A stretch of DNA of 64,000 bases from Amoebidium appalachense (Eukaryota; Protista; Ichthyosporea), in NCBI GenBank assembly GCA_963693365.1, contig CAVNZM010000003.1:9950101-10014100 (forward strand), written 5' to 3'. The notes under the pieces were generated by a model. The model saw only the letters and a program-made list of their open reading frames with translations. It was not told the DNA's origin and did not search any database. The position numbers and the translations under genes are program-made. Below are positions 13,150 to 31,674 of this stretch, in pieces (the stretch's first letter is position 1; the number at the start of each line of letters is the position of its first letter).

Positions 13150-13718
13150 CTTTTGGCTTTCTGTTGTGTGTGTTGAAGGGGGGGGGGGGGGGGGGGGGGG
13201 GGGCTGTCTGAGTTACTGCGCAAATGCAAATGAATACAACCTGCAGGAGAGTAAGATTTGCGCAAACATGACTACTATAGCAGTGTGGACAAAGTTTATG
13301 ATATATCATATATATAGATAGTTTTAGGTTACATAAACAATGTTTTCACAATCTCCCATAGAAAACCATAACTTAGTAAATTCTACTGCCAATATTATTC
13401 TGGTCACAGAGAAATTCAGTCCATTGCCTTCCCCAGAACGCTAGCACGTGTACATGTGTATACATGCATAAGTTACATGGCAGGGCTTCTGCTATAACTA
13501 TACAAAAAGGTATACAAAATTTCAAGTTGATAAATTGAAGCCGTTCGCGGAACCTACCAATTAATAATATTATTATCATTATTAAATCTGCAGAAGCCTT
13601 TTTTTGGTGTCCCGACGAAAACATTGGCCCCGCTCATGCAGCTAGTATCGATAGTGATCGATAATCGATTTCGTTGCCTCCCCCCCCCCCCCCCCCCCCC
13701 TTTTCCTCCGGATCCTCC

Positions 13719-14969
13719 CGCAAAGAAGGCGTCCTCCTTCTTTCTATATTTGGTAATACAAGTCTATACAGAGAGAAATATACCGTTATGGCCCTCTACA
13801 AGTAATGGCCACGTGCTAATACACTCTCTCCCTTTGTGATCGATATCTCTTCTGAGCGCGAGCTCAGAGCCCTGTTCGATCGATTATCAAGCCAAGATGA
13901 CATCACAATGACGTACATTCCATTGTTCGCAAAACCCAGTCATCTTAGAATTCGAATTTCCCAATAAGTCTAATTAGATCGTGCCGGAGATGATTTTGAA
14001 TATTTTCGAATGTAAATATATTTATATATAAGTCGTCCTTATCCTGGTGATATGAGATGCCATGACCTAAGAGATAATTTAGAATATTGTATTATTCTTA
14101 TCAGTGCCAAGCTTCGTCATCTTCTTCTTAGAATATTCCTGATTCTTCTTAGTGTAACTTTTAGTGTAACCTTCTTGCACGTTGGTGCGTACTCAATTTC
14201 TATTGGCTATCGTAATCTATGCCCCGAGTATATAAATCGCCACATGCATTCAGTCATTCAGTCCAGTCAACTTGATCAGTCAGTCCGAGTCACAGCCAGC
14301 CAAGTTCCTCTACCCCCATGGCCAAGTACAGCAGCTTCAAGACGTCACTGCAAGGCTTCAAGGAGAAGTGTCTTCAACATGCAACAGCGAGACTCTGGTT
14401 ATGACTATAACACTGTGACTGTACACTTCTACATGTTAGACTACAGTACTCTATTCTTTTCTTTCGTTCTCACAAGTTATAATTCGAATTTGCATGCATA
14501 GTTAAATTGAATATAAATAGATATACTCTCACTTCTGGTCATGAAATACAGCTAAGGAAAAATGGGTATAAGAGTTCACACTCTTATCCAGCCACGTTGA
14601 TAGAGTGTATTGCGCACACTCACGCGGCTAGCCTTTCCTAGATAGCTGAATAAACGTTCCAAGTAAGGCTAATAACTAACTAATAATTGCTCGCTCTTAC
14701 TTCTGCTTCTTTGCATATCTGCATGTTTACTAGGTGCCACACATAACACAAACACGTACATTTTAACCTCTTGACGCGCATGAGAACATACACAGCACAC
14801 ACAAATATGTGGTTATACTATGCCCAGCACTCTTATCACACGCTTCCACAAACACGCTTCCACACACCTCCCATAAACATTAGCACAAAAAATAACCACT
14901 TGCCAGTGTAGCCATGTGCGTGAGCAGTGGGCTCTAGCCATAAGACAGACAAAGGGCCCCGCCTTTAGG
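13719..14969. mobile_element. Unclassified 1.25 kb non-coding insertion in a (CCT)n tract of one array unit
   Basis: Absent from the homologous sites at ~7075, ~17225 and ~23605. One extra CCT unit may be a 3-4 bp duplication. No convincing ORF. Confidence 0.75.
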
Positions 14970-15759
14970 CTCCTCCTCCTCCTCATTCCGGCCAGGAAAC
15001 CGGACCACCTATGTAGTTTTTGAAATCTTCTAAAGTTATTATGTATGTGTACAGTACGTGCGTGTGTGTGCATTCGAGTGTTTGTGTGTATGTGCATGTG
15101 TGTGTACACGCCGACAGATATGGTAACCCTCGAGTACTAGGCATGTCCTCTCTCTCTCTCTTCCCCCCCCCCCCCCCCCTCTCTTCCCCTTTCACCCTCC
15201 CTCTCTCTCTCTCTCGCCCCCACCTCCCCCCTCCCGAGGATTTCTCTCTCTCACTCCCCCCCCCACCTCCCCCTCCCCCCCCCCCCCCCCCCCCCCTCTG
15301 CCTGCCTCTACCTTTCTTTCTCTTCGAATTCTGTGTGTCACATAATATTTGTGTATGCATCATTCTCGTTGCCTACTTGCTGAAACCCGTGTTTTTCTAC
15401 AGCTGGCCTTCAAACTGAAAGTATTATATGCAAGCCAAACAAACCGATCACGCGTTTGGAATATGCATGTTTCCGTTCTGTACTGTATGTACCTGGACGG
15501 CGCAAAGCAAACGGGTCTGACGTCTGCTGTCGATCGAACCAGCCCTTTCGAAGTTCGCCGCCGTGCACACGTGAGGAGGGCTCACGAGTCACATTTTTCT
15601 TTCTACCAATAGGAATGACGCTAGATAAGCCATCACCACCGAACCCCAAACATTGCCAAGGCAGTCCGGAAAACCAGCGCATTATTTGTGTTGAGCTAGC
15701 CGAGTACTGTACAAGTGACCACATGTGTGAGCTTCGACATACTGAACCGTAAGGGCCTG

Positions 15760-15791
<32 letters not shown>

Positions 15792-15995
15792 CACCCCCCA
15801 CCCCCCCCACCCCCCCCACACCCCCCCCCCCCCAACCCCCCACCCCCCCACCCCCCTCCCCCTTCCCCCCCCCCCCTCGTCCTCCCCCTCTCCCCCCCCC
15901 CCTTGCACACCCTCCGTCCTCTCTCCCCCCTACCCCTCCGCTCCTTTCTCCAACTCCCGCTTTTTTCCGCTCCTTCCGCCCAGAAACACAATACA

Positions 15996-16597
15996 TGCTC
16001 TCCTCTGTTTATCTGAGAGGTAGCGTGATTGGCTAGCCTCACTCGTTGTCTTTCCTTTATTTCAAAATGGCTTAGTTTTGTTCTCAAAAGGATGGCTCGC
16101 CAATAGTCGCGAGCGAGTACATCTGTAGATTGTGTTGTGCATTCCTGTCTGTTAATATATGTGTGTTGTGATTGGACAATAGATATATATGGAATTCGGT
16201 TTATTGCAAAGTGTCTTCACTTTGAGAGTGTCGACTGTTAGGAAATATATGTATTTAAATAAGTTTCTTTATAGAGACGAACATAAATATATATGTGAGT
16301 TAATAGTGACTAGATGTATAATTACTTAATTTATTTAAGTAAGAGTTTCTACACTTTAGTTTAATCGGAAGTTGGAATGCGTATGCTCTGTCGGAATGTG
16401 TTTTTCTATCTTCTGATAGAACCGATTGGTTCTCCCTCTTTAGTTGTGATAAGGTGATAAGTCGCAAGTACAAAAGGAACGGAGAGCACAATAAAGATTC
16501 AGTTGTTGTTTGAAATCTTTCAATGTCTCGTGAACAACTCCGATTCCCCTCTCATTAATGTGTTAGTCGTGTTTTACATGACACCTCTGTGCACTCT
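15996..16597 (+). repeat. Internal fragment of the copia LTR (copy of 5212-5813)
   Basis: About ten substitutions in 600 bp by eye. TGC microhomology at the left junction. Lacks both LTR termini. Confidence 0.92.
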
Positions 16598-17180
16598 TTT
16601 TTCTTTTTTTTTTTTTTCTTTTTTTTTCTTTTCTTTTGGCTTTCTGGTGTGTGTGGGGAAGGGGGGGGGGGGGGGGGGGGGGGGGGGGAGAGGGGGGGGG
16701 GCTGTCTGAGTTACTGCGCAAATGCAAATGAATACAACCTGCAGGAGAGTAAGATTTGCGCAAACATGACTACTAGCAGTGTGGACAAAGTTTAAGATAT
16801 ATCACATATATAGATAATTTTAGGTTACATAAACAATGTTTTTACAATCCCCCATAGAAAACCATAACTTAGTAAAATCTACTGCCAATATTATTCTGGT
16901 GACAGAGAAATTCAGTCCATTGCCTTCCCCAGAACGATAGCACGTGTACATGTGTATACATGCATAAGTTACTTCAAGTTGGCAGGGCTTCTGCTATAAC
17001 TATACAAAAAGGTATACAAAATTTCAAGTTGATAAAATGAAGCCGTTCGCGGCACCTACCTAATAATAATGATATTATCATTATTAAATCTGCAGCTGCC
17101 TTTTTTTGGTGTCCCGACGAAAACATTGGCCCCGCTCATGCAGCTAGTATCGATAGTGATCGATAATCGATTTCGTTGCC

Positions 17181-17212
<32 letters not shown>

Positions 17213-17537
17213 TTTTCCTCCGGATCCTCCTCCTCCTCCTCATTCCGGCCAGGGAACCGGACCACCTATGTAGTTTTTGAAATCTTTTAAAGTTATTATG
17301 TATGTGTACAGTACGTGCGTGTGTGTGCATTCGAGTGTTTGTATGTGCATGTGTGTGTACACACCGACAGATATGGTAACCCTCGAGTACTAGGCATGCC
17401 CTCTCTAGATCTCTCTCTCTCTCTTCCCCCCCCCCCCCCCCTCCCCTCTCTCTCTTCCCCTTTCTCCCTCCCTCTCTCTCTCTCTCTCCCCCCCTCCCCC
17501 TCCCGAGGATTTCTCTCTCTCACTCCGGCCCCCCACC

Positions 17538-17573
<36 letters not shown>

Positions 17574-18907
17574 ACCCTCTGCCTGCCTCTACCTTTCTTT
17601 CTCTTCGAATTCTATGTGTCACATAATATTTGTGTATGCATCATTCTCGTTGCCTACTTGCTGAAACCCGTGTTTTTCTACAGCTGGCCTTCAAACTGAA
17701 AGTATTATATGCAAGCCAAACAAACCGATCACGCGTTTGGAATATGCATGTTTCCGTTCTGTACTGTACCTGGACGGCGCAAAGCAAACGGGTCTGACGT
17801 CTGCTGTCGATCGAACCAGCCCTTTCGAAGTTCGCCGCCGTGCACACGTGAGGAGGGCTCACGAGTCACATTTTTCTTTCTACCAATAGGAATGACGCTA
17901 GATAAGCCATTACCACCGAATCCCAAACATTGCCAAGGCAGTCCGGAAAACCAGCGCATTTTTTGTGTTGAGCTAGCAGAGTACTGTACAAGTGACCACA
18001 TGTGTGAGCTTCGACATACTGAACCGTAAGGGCCTGCTGCCCCCCCCCCCCCCCCCCCCCACCCCCCCCCCCCACCCCCCCCACCCCCCCCCACACCCCC
18101 CCCCCCCCCCCCCCCCCCTCCCCACCCCCTTCCCCCCCCCCCCCGTCCTCCCCCTCTCCCCCCCCCCCCTTGCACACCGTCCGTCCTCTCTCCCCCCTAC
18201 CCCTCCGCTCCTTTCTCCAACTCCCGCTTTTTTCCGCTCCTTCCGCCCACAAACACAATACATGCATGATTTCTTTGCCTCTGCCATCATATTGCCCGCA
18301 CAACTCTTTGTTTCATTTCCATTCTCACCCAAAAGCTAGAATCTTTCAGCACTATTTTAGTTAACCCTGGGAATTTGTTGTTCGTGTGTTGCATCTTGTC
18401 CGAACACGCTATTTTGCTTTTTGCTGGTGGAGGCAGAACCAAGCCCGTTGATGGCAGGCGCGGGTAGATTTGGTAGGCAGGGACTGGGGGAGGGGGGGAG
18501 GGGAGGAGGAGGGGGTGGGTGGGTGGGTGGGTGGGTCGGTGGGGGGGGGGGGGGGGGGGGGGGGTTGCCTAATGTTGAAGAGCCTTGTAGGTACCTAGTG
18601 TTGTGCCGGTAGGGAAAGAGTCGGGATCGAGAGGGAAGGGAGGGGGTGGGGAGGGGGGAGGAGGGGGGAGGGGAGGGGAGGGGGGAAGGGGGGTCCCAGA
18701 CGAAATAAGTATCACCCTGAGGAGAAGGTTACGAGGAATAATATGCAACACCGTGGAAATTATTTCAACGTGCAGCACATATGGGTTGGTGTCTCACTTG
18801 CTTTCAGACATAAAAGGCAACTTTTGGCAGGCTTTTGGTCTGTGACTAATATGTTGTTCTTTTTTGCAGATACTCTTTGTTTGCTTGTTTGTCTCTCGTC
18901 TGGGAGG

Positions 18908-19152
18908 ATGTTGACCAGGAGGTTGGTTCGAGTGGCTGTCTCGGGAACTAAACCAGCAACCTCGGTGGGAGAGGTATCCATCCCCCCCCCCCCCCTCTCC
19001 CCCCCCCCCCCCCCCCCCCGTCCCCTCCTCCCCCCCCCCCCCCCCCCACCCCCGGGCCCACCTCCCCCCCCCCCCCCAAAAAAAAAAAAAAAAAAAAAAA
19101 AAGGAGAAGAAGAAGAATAAGAAGAAGATGGAGAGAGAGAGCGATAGAGAGA

Positions 19153-19185
<33 letters not shown>

Positions 19186-19461
19186 CCTTCCCCCCCCCCC
19201 CCCCCCCCGCACACCCCCTAAAAAAAGAAAGGGAGGGGGGGGGGGGGGGGGGGGACAGAGAGAGAGAGTTAGGTAGAACCTCCCTCCTCCCCCTTTTCCG
19301 CCTCCCCCCCACACCCCACGCCCCTAAAAAAAGAAATGGGAGTGAGGGGAAGAGAGAGAGAGGGGGGGGGGGGGGGGGGGGGGGGGGGGTGTGTGTGTGT
19401 GTGTGTGTGACGGATGGGGCGAAAGAGAGAAGGAGAGGGGAGGGAGAGAGAGAGAGGGAGG

Positions 19462-19498
<37 letters not shown>

Positions 19499-21101
19499 CG
19501 AAAGAGAGAGGGAGAGGGGGGGGGAGGGAGAGAGAGAGAGACAGACCCAGACACACACACACCTTACGTTTCCGCCCGCACCCGCTTCTCCCACTTCATT
19601 ACTCATATCCAGCCTCCCTCCTGGGCAGAAACTTGTTGGGAGAAGAATGGCTGCATGGCTCCATCCTCATGGAAACGGCAACGTGAACAAATTTGCAGAT
19701 GCTCTCATGCTGGTCTATGCTCGCACATCTCTGACAGGACAATCGTGTGTGCCTGTGCAGAAGGCACCACCCTCATCCATGCACCTACACTCTGTGGTTC
19801 CTAGTTGGTTTACTCAACTTACTTTACTTACTTTACTTACTTGACTTACTTTACTTACTTGACTTACTTTCCTTACTTTGCTCACTTGTACACCTACAGC
19901 CTGTACGGTTTGCTGCAATCACGAGCAACCAATCCACATACATGGGCTACGTCATTTTCAACCCCTTCCTGTCGGTGGGCACACGGTCACTACATGCCCT
20001 GGCGCAAGGGAGAGGTATGTGGTTGTGGTGCGACAGATGTGTCTCTGTTTGGCATGGCAGCTTCAACTTCAACTTTTGGGCCCATTTTGTTTTCGAAGGC
20101 TCGAGTATTCACCTCGGGGTACCGCTGTATCGAGAAAAGGTGCCGAGGATGTACCGTTCTTTGTCTGCCCCGTCTCTCTTCGGAAGCCCGTTTACCTGCT
20201 GCTCCCTCTCCCTTCCCCCCCCCCCCCCCCCCCCCCCCCCCACCCCCTTCCCACCTCTGTGACCGCTCTGTTTAAAGTGTTAATGGGGAACAGGATGGGA
20301 CAGGGCCCCAGGGGTTGCCTTTTTCTTTTTTTTTTTTTTTTTTTTTTTGGTGTGTGTGTGGGAGGGGAGGGGGGGGAGGGGCTGGACGAAAGTTATATTA
20401 GATTCAAGGGGTTCGTGGGGCAAAGGGAATTTATGTATGTGTACTACACGAATACATACATGGTCGCCAGTGCACACGCGTTAGGACTTGCTTTGTCTCC
20501 CTGCCCCTCCTCTCCTGCCTACACACACACACCCACACATACACAGACACACACGCGCGTGCACGTGTCACGCACGCACACATAAGCACGCACGCACGCA
20601 CGCACACACACACTCTCACACACACACACACACATACACACACACTTGCACACATTTGTTTTCCCTTCTGATCAGCTCGATTGAGGGTACATTTATGAAT
20701 GCACAGTGAACAATGGGGCTAAATTGGTATGTTCTGTGCCTGTGTGTACACAAACACGGGCATGTCTAAAGTCACACCAAGCAGAAGAGCAGACACATAA
20801 CACAAGAGGGTATTTTGGGTTTCAGACAAGGTTGACAAGCGGCTCGCACATTGTTTTTCCACGTACGTGCGGTGGGTATTGGGGCGCGGGGGGGGAGGAG
20901 GGGGGGGGGGGGGGGGGTACAGTCTCACTCCTGGTCGGCACAGGCCCCCAACAAACTGTGTTCGGCATTCAGAACGGTCAGACTGCTCCTGGCCGGTTGT
21001 CTCCCTTTGGAATGGTGGCAACGGTATGTGTAGTTGGTGCTCTACTTCCCTTCACCCGCTCCCCCCGCTCCACCCGCCTCCTCCCCCTTCACAGACACAC
21101 A

Positions 21102-21178
<77 letters not shown>

Positions 21179-21190
21179 GCGGGGAGAGGG

Positions 21191-21275
<85 letters not shown>

Positions 21276-22772
21276 CACACACAGAGAAAAGCACGCTCGC
21301 ACACACGCACACAGACAAAATTACACATATTGAAACACACACATACACTAGAGCCAGTGTGCAAATACATAAGCACAAACACTCACAAGAAAAATCAATA
21401 AATATAAAAGGCGGGGGAAAGAAAGGGAAAAAGAGAAAGGTATGCGTGCCACCATCCAAACCCAAAGCCAAAGAAGAATGAATGAATGAATGAAAGGTGG
21501 CAAAATAGCATTCAAACCCCAGCAACCACATAACACAGACTGAATATAGACACGCCACACCAACACATTGTCAAGCACCCAACGGTGGATGTTTGTTTAT
21601 TGGGGATTTTTTTAGTTAAATGTGTCGGGGTTGGTATACAGCCTAAGGTGTGCCGTTTGTGCGAATGTGAAGTTTGTGGGAGGGCTTACAAGGAGAGAGG
21701 GGGCCAGGGGAAGGGCGGGGGGGGGGGGGGGGGGGTAGGCAATGATCATCGCAAAGCTCAGCTGCCGCAAGTGCACTTACGATGGCCTTTTAAAGTCTAA
21801 AATATAGAGAATAAACATCTGTACATTTTCTCATCTCTGATGTAAAACGCTATGCAGGGAAGGTCGCGCGGCTGGCAGACACTCTTAGGGCCCGTTCGCC
21901 CATTTGCGACCCGAAATGTGAAAGACACAGGTCAACACTACCGGGGAGTATATTGGAGAGGTAAAGAGGGCAATTGGCGTGCACAGATAGGAGGCAAAAT
22001 GTATGTCGGTGTCTACGAAAACAGTCGCACGGCTGCACGGCAGCGGGATTTGGTCATTGATTTGTTGGTGCAGAAGGGGGTGTTGGCTCACCGATACCTA
22101 GATTCTAAAAATGTTAGCCTCGGGAATTTGCGTAAATTCAAACCGACAGCCGATGATTTGGATTGGGCAGAGGAGTGGTGGGCCAAGAAAACAACAAAGA
22201 CGAAATCGTCAGTGTACAAGGGCGTAGCCTACAAAAATAGCAATATCCAAGAGCCGTGGCGCGCGTCTTATTGGAAGGATGGTGTTTCTCATTACTGCGG
22301 GATCTACGCGACAGAAGTGGAAGCGGCACTTGCAAGGGACAAGGTGATACGTAATCTGGAGATTTCAAAGCGAGAGAAACTAAGGCGCCTAAACTTCTAT
22401 CTCCCTGGCGATTATTTAAGTGTCGAGGAAGCAGAGCAGGCTGGGTGCATAGGGGTGTTCCTCCACACAGCCAGATCCCATTCACCCAACCCTTACCAAG
22501 TGTGCCGATCGGATAGAACTGTTTCGGGTACCCGGCAAATGAAATACCTCGGCTACTTTGCCTCGGTCAATCGACTCCACAGAGCAACAGCAACGACGAC
22601 CCGTTGGCTGTTGGTGACTTCACTGACCGGAATGATGACGACGTGGCGGGACAACACAACTCCCACTCGGATGCAAAAGTTCACTTTCAGGCAGGGGTGG
22701 GGCAGAAAAGAATGGTTTAAGTGTGGTAGGTGGTCAGATACGTATACAGAGGTGGGCCCCGGGGACACATAA
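18908..22772 (+). CDS. Triple-AP2-domain protein, copy 2. Inferred exons 18908-18973, 19900-20014, 20923-21023, 21858-22772. A deletion removes the helix of domain 3 (possible pseudogene).
   Basis: Same motifs and splice phases as copy 1. At ~22568 the sequence jumps from CCTCGGTC to AATCGACTCC, deleting ~290 bp relative to copy 3. Confidence 0.68.
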
Positions 22773-23922
22773 GGTACTCTTATAGGAGAAAAGAAGGTGG
22801 TTTGTGGACACTGATGATTTCACCGGGGTGGCGGTTACTAGCTGTATGTACATGTGTATATGTGCGATGTGTCATTGATTAGGGGTACATATTGCATTAT
22901 GCCTATGGCCTGCACACCTGTATGTGTGTCGAGGAGACTCTCGAAGCCATTGTGTTTTTCCTTCTTCCTCTCTTTCTGCCCGGTTTTTTTTTTGTTCTTT
23001 TCATTTTTTTTCTTTTGGCTTTCTGGTGTGTGTGGGGAAGGGGGGGGAGGGGGGGGGGGGGGGGGGGGCTGTCTGAGTTACTGCGCAAATGCAAATGAAT
23101 ACAACCTGCAGGAGAGTAAGATTTGCGCAAACATGACTACTAGCAGTGTGGACAAAGTTTAAGATATATCATATATATAGATAGTTTTAGGTTACATAAA
23201 CAATGTTTTTACAATCCCCCATAGAAAACCATAACTTAGTAAAATCTACTGCCAATATTATTCTGGTCACAGAGAAATTCAGTCCATTGCCTTCCCCAGA
23301 ACGATAGCACGTGTACATGTGTATACATGCATAAGTTACTTCAAGTTGGCAGGGCTTCTGCTATAACTATACAAAAAGGTATACAAAATTTCAAGTTGAT
23401 AAAATGAAGCCGTTCGCGGCACCTACCTAATAATAATGATATTATCATTATTAAATCTGCAGCTGCCTTTTTTTGGTGTCCCGACGAAAACATTGGCCCC
23501 GCTCATGCAGCTAGTATCGATAGTGATCGATAATCGATTTCGTTGCCTCCCCCCCCTCCCCCCCCCCCCCCCCTCCCCCCCTCCCCCCCCCCCTTTTCCT
23601 CCGGATCCTCCTCCTCCTCCTCATCCCGGCCAGGGAACCGGACCACCTATGTAGTTTTGAAATCTTTTACAGTTATTATGTATGTGTACAGTACGTGCGT
23701 GTGTGTGCATTCGAGTGTTTGTGTGTATGTGCATGTGTGTGTACACACCGACAGATATGGTAACCCTCGAGTACTAGGCATGCCCTCTCTAGATCTCTCT
23801 CTCTCTCTTCCCCCCCCCCCCCCCCCTCCCTCTCTCTCTTCCCCTTTCTCCCTCCCTCTCTCTCTCTCTCTCTCCCCCCTCCCCCTCCCGAGGATTTCTC
23901 TCTCTCACTCCGGCCCCCCACC

Positions 23923-23957
<35 letters not shown>

Positions 23958-24420
23958 ACCCTCTGCCTGCCTCTACCTTTCTTTCTCTTCGAATTCTATG
24001 TGTCACATAATATTTGTGTATGCATCATTCTCGTTGCCTACTTGCTGAAACCCGTGTTTTTCTACAGCTGGCCTTCAAACTGAAAGTATTATATGCAAGC
24101 CAAACAAACCGATCACGCGTTTGGAATATGCATGTTTCCGTTCTGTACTGTACCTGGACGGCGCAAAGCAAACGGGTCTGACGTCTGCTGTCGATCGAAC
24201 CAGCCCTTTCGAAGTTCGCCGCCGTGCACACGTGAGGAGGGCTCACGAGTCACATTTTTCTTTCTACCAATAGGAATGACACTAGATAAGCCATTACCAC
24301 CGAATCCCAAACATTGCCAAGGCAGTCGTGAATACCAGCGCATTATTTGTGTTGAGCTAGCAGAGTACTGTACAAGTGACCACATGTGTGAGCTTCGACA
24401 TACTGAACCGTAAGGGCCTG

Positions 24421-24457
<37 letters not shown>

Positions 24458-25304
24458 ACCCCCCCACCCCCCCCCCCACACCCCCCCCCCCCCCCCCCCC
24501 CCCCCCCCCACCCCCCCACCCCCTTCCCCCCCCCTCGTCCTCCCCCTCTCCCCCCCCCTTTGCACACCGTCCGTCCTCTCTCCCCCCTACCCCTCCGCTC
24601 CTTTCTCCAACTCCCACTTTTTTCCGCTCCTTCCACCCACAAACACAATACATGCATGATTTCTTTGCCTCTGCCATCATATTGCCCGCACAACTCTTTG
24701 TTTCATTTCCATTCTCACCCAAAAGCTAGAATCTTTCAGCACTATTTTAGTTAACCCTGGGAATTTGTTGTTCGTGTGTTGCATCTTGTCCGAACACGCT
24801 ATTTTGCTTTTTGCTGGTGGAGGCAGAACCAAGCCCGTTTATGGCAGGCGCGGGTAGATTTGGTAGGCAGGGACTGGGGGAGGGGGGGGAGGGGAGGAGG
24901 AGGGGGTGGGTGGGTGGGTGGGTGGGTCGGTGGGGGGGGGAGGGGGGGGGGGGGGGGGTTGCCTAATGTTGAAGAGCCTTGTAGGTACCTAGTGTTGTGC
25001 CGGTAGGGAAAGAGTCGGGATCGAGAGGGAAGGGAGGGGGTGGGGAGGGGGGAGGAGGCGGGGGGAGGGGAGGGGAGGGGGGAAGGGGGGTCCCAGACGA
25101 AATAAGTATCACCCTGAGGAGAAGGTTACGAGGAATAATATGCAACACCGTGGAAATTATTTCAACGTGCAGCACATATGGGTTGGTGTCTCACTTGCTT
25201 TCAGACATAAAAGGCATCTTTTGGCAGGCTTTTGGTCTGTGACTAATATGTTGTTCTTTTTTGCAGATACTCTTTGTTTGCTTGTTTGTCTCTCGTCTGG
25301 GAGG

Positions 25305-29258
<3,954 letters not shown>

Positions 29259-29790
29259 TGCCAACAATTCACCTCAAAGCAACAGGCAGGCTAAATCGAC
29301 TCCACAGAGCAACAGCAACGACGGCCCGTTGGCTGTTGGTGACGTCACTGACCGGAATGATGACGATGTGGCGGGACAACACAACTGCCACTCGGATGCA
29401 AACGTTAACTTTCAGGCAGGGGTGGGGCAGAAAAGAATGGTTTAAGTGTGGTAGGTGGTCAGATACGTATACAGAGGTGGGCCCCGGGGACACATAAAGT
29501 ACTCTTATAGGAGAAACGAAGGTGGTTTGTGGACACTGATGATTTCACCGGGGTGGCGGTTACTAGCTGTATGTACATGTGTATATGTGCGATGTGTCAT
29601 TGATTAGGGGTACATATTGCATTATGCCTATGGCCTGCACACCTGTTTGCGTGTCGAGGAGACTCTCGGAGCCATTGTGTTTTTCCTTCTTCCTCTCTTT
29701 CTGCCCGGTTTTTTTTTGTTCTTTTCTTTTTTTCTCTCTTTTTTTTTTTTTTTTTTTTTTTCTTTTGGCTTTCTGGTGTGTGTGGGGGAA

Positions 29791-29831
<41 letters not shown>

Positions 29832-30272
29832 CTGTCTGAGTTACTGCGCAAATGCAAATGAATACAACCTGCAGGAGAGTAAGATTTGCGCAAACATGAC
29901 TACTAGCAGTGTGGACAAAGTTTAAGATATATCATATATATAGATAGTTTTAGGTTACATAAACAATGTTTTCACAAAATTCTACTGCCAATATTATTCT
30001 GGTCACAGAGAAATTCAGTCCATTGCCTTCCCCAGAACGCTAGCACGTGTACATGTGTATACATGCATAAGTTACATGGCAGGGCTTCTGCTATAACTAT
30101 ACAAAAAGGTATACAAAATTTCAAGTTGATAAAATGACAAGTTCGCGGCACCTACCAATTAATAATAATATTATCATTATTAAATCTGCAGAAGCCTTTT
30201 TTTGGTGTCCCGACGAAAACATTGGCCCCGCTCATGCAGCTAGTATCGATAGTGTTCGATAATCGATTTCGT

Positions 30273-30311
<39 letters not shown>

Positions 30312-30780
30312 CACTGCAGATCGTCCGACCCATCCGCGAACGATGGCTCCTGAGCCACTAATTAGACTTAGAAAATTTCTCAGATTTTTAAACAGCTGGC
30401 AGATTAAAATTCGCCTATTGCCGGCGTCCGAGTGGCTAATATAGCACAGATGGTATAAATCATTCAATCGTAGATCACATCAGCGTTTCCGATGATTACA
30501 CATATATTTCTTTCCCGTATCATGGTTAAATTTTGGGGCGCTTGAGAGTAGTTTCAATACTTGACCGATGACCCCCACAGGCAATTTGCGAAGGGATTCA
30601 TGCTGGTGTATTCCAAACCCCGAGCCATGTGCCCAGCGGGCAGCTCGGCACAGTCTACAGCTGCAGCTGGCGCTGCAACACAAACGTACGTTCGTTGCAG
30701 CCTCGAAGTTAGTGTTTCTTCACACCATGGCCCCAAAACTCCGTTTCAAATAAAGTGTATACTTCATTTCAACACAAAAA

Positions 30781-31674
30781 ATGGCAGGCGCTAACTTCTT
30801 TGCTTTCGCTGTGTTCCAAAACGGACTCCCCAAGCCTCTCACTAAGATCCCTAGAACAGTCCCAGAAAACACAGTTTTTGCTGACGAAAACGTGCTCGTG
30901 CAAAACAATTATGCACCCAAAAAGGCTTGCTTTGTTGCACAAACACCCTTCACAAAAGAAAACGTGTTCCTCGTGCACGTGTTATGGTCTTCGAAGGTAA
31001 ACGGGGCACTTTACGCGTGGTGCCATGATCTAAGTGTCTCTAAGCCTTCTGAAAGACAGGTGGAGGTAGACGCGTGGCGCGAGAAAGTCAGCAAGGAAAA
31101 GGGCCCTGTACCTTTTTCGATGCAGCGTTGTCCGGTGTTTCCTGTGTTCACAGACGACGGGAGAATTGAAGGACAAAACGACGAGATGGAGAGGGCAGCT
31201 CGCAGGATTAGAACTCGAATGAATGCTAACAAGAAAATGTATGCTGGCCCTCTGAAGTATGACGTGAATGGTGCGGTTTGGACGGAGTTAGCATACTACG
31301 CAAAGAAAAATCTCTGCGCGACCGTTGTTGAAGCCATAGAATTCGAAGATCAAGGCGAGCTAACAATTAAGACAATCTTTGAAAATCTGCAGGATGCAAA
31401 GAAGTTTTTTAACACCGAGGATGGACTAGACCACAGTGCTAAGGTCACCAGCAAGCCTCTATTTAGAAACTATACTGAGGTTGTTAAGAAAACACGTAAA
31501 AATGGCATAGTAGAGGACGTGATTGTGAAAAGGAAACAGCCTATAGGTGATGGTACCCTGGTGGTCACCGAAGAGAATCCTCTAGTTTTTGAACTTAGGC
31601 GTGGCAAGAAAGGCGACTGCGCTTTGTACATCTCTTTTGCATACAAACAGGAGCAGTGTATTGTTGTAAGGTAA
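30781..31674 (+). CDS. Hypothetical protein, 297 aa, uninterrupted
   Basis: ATG start after AAAAA, complex globular-looking composition, 894 bp open in non-repetitive DNA. No family recognised. Confidence 0.65.
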   Translation: MAGANFFAFAVFQNGLPKPLTKIPRTVPENTVFADENVLVQNNYAPKKACFVAQTPFTKENVFLVHVLWSSKVNGALYAWCHDLSVSKPSERQVEVDAWREKVSKEKGPVPFSMQRCPVFPVFTDDGRIEGQNDEMERAARRIRTRMNANKKMYAGPLKYDVNGAVWTELAYYAKKNLCATVVEAIEFEDQGELTIKTIFENLQDAKKFFNTEDGLDHSAKVTSKPLFRNYTEVVKKTRKNGIVEDVIVKRKQPIGDGTLVVTEENPLVFELRRGKKGDCALYISFAYKQEQCIVVR

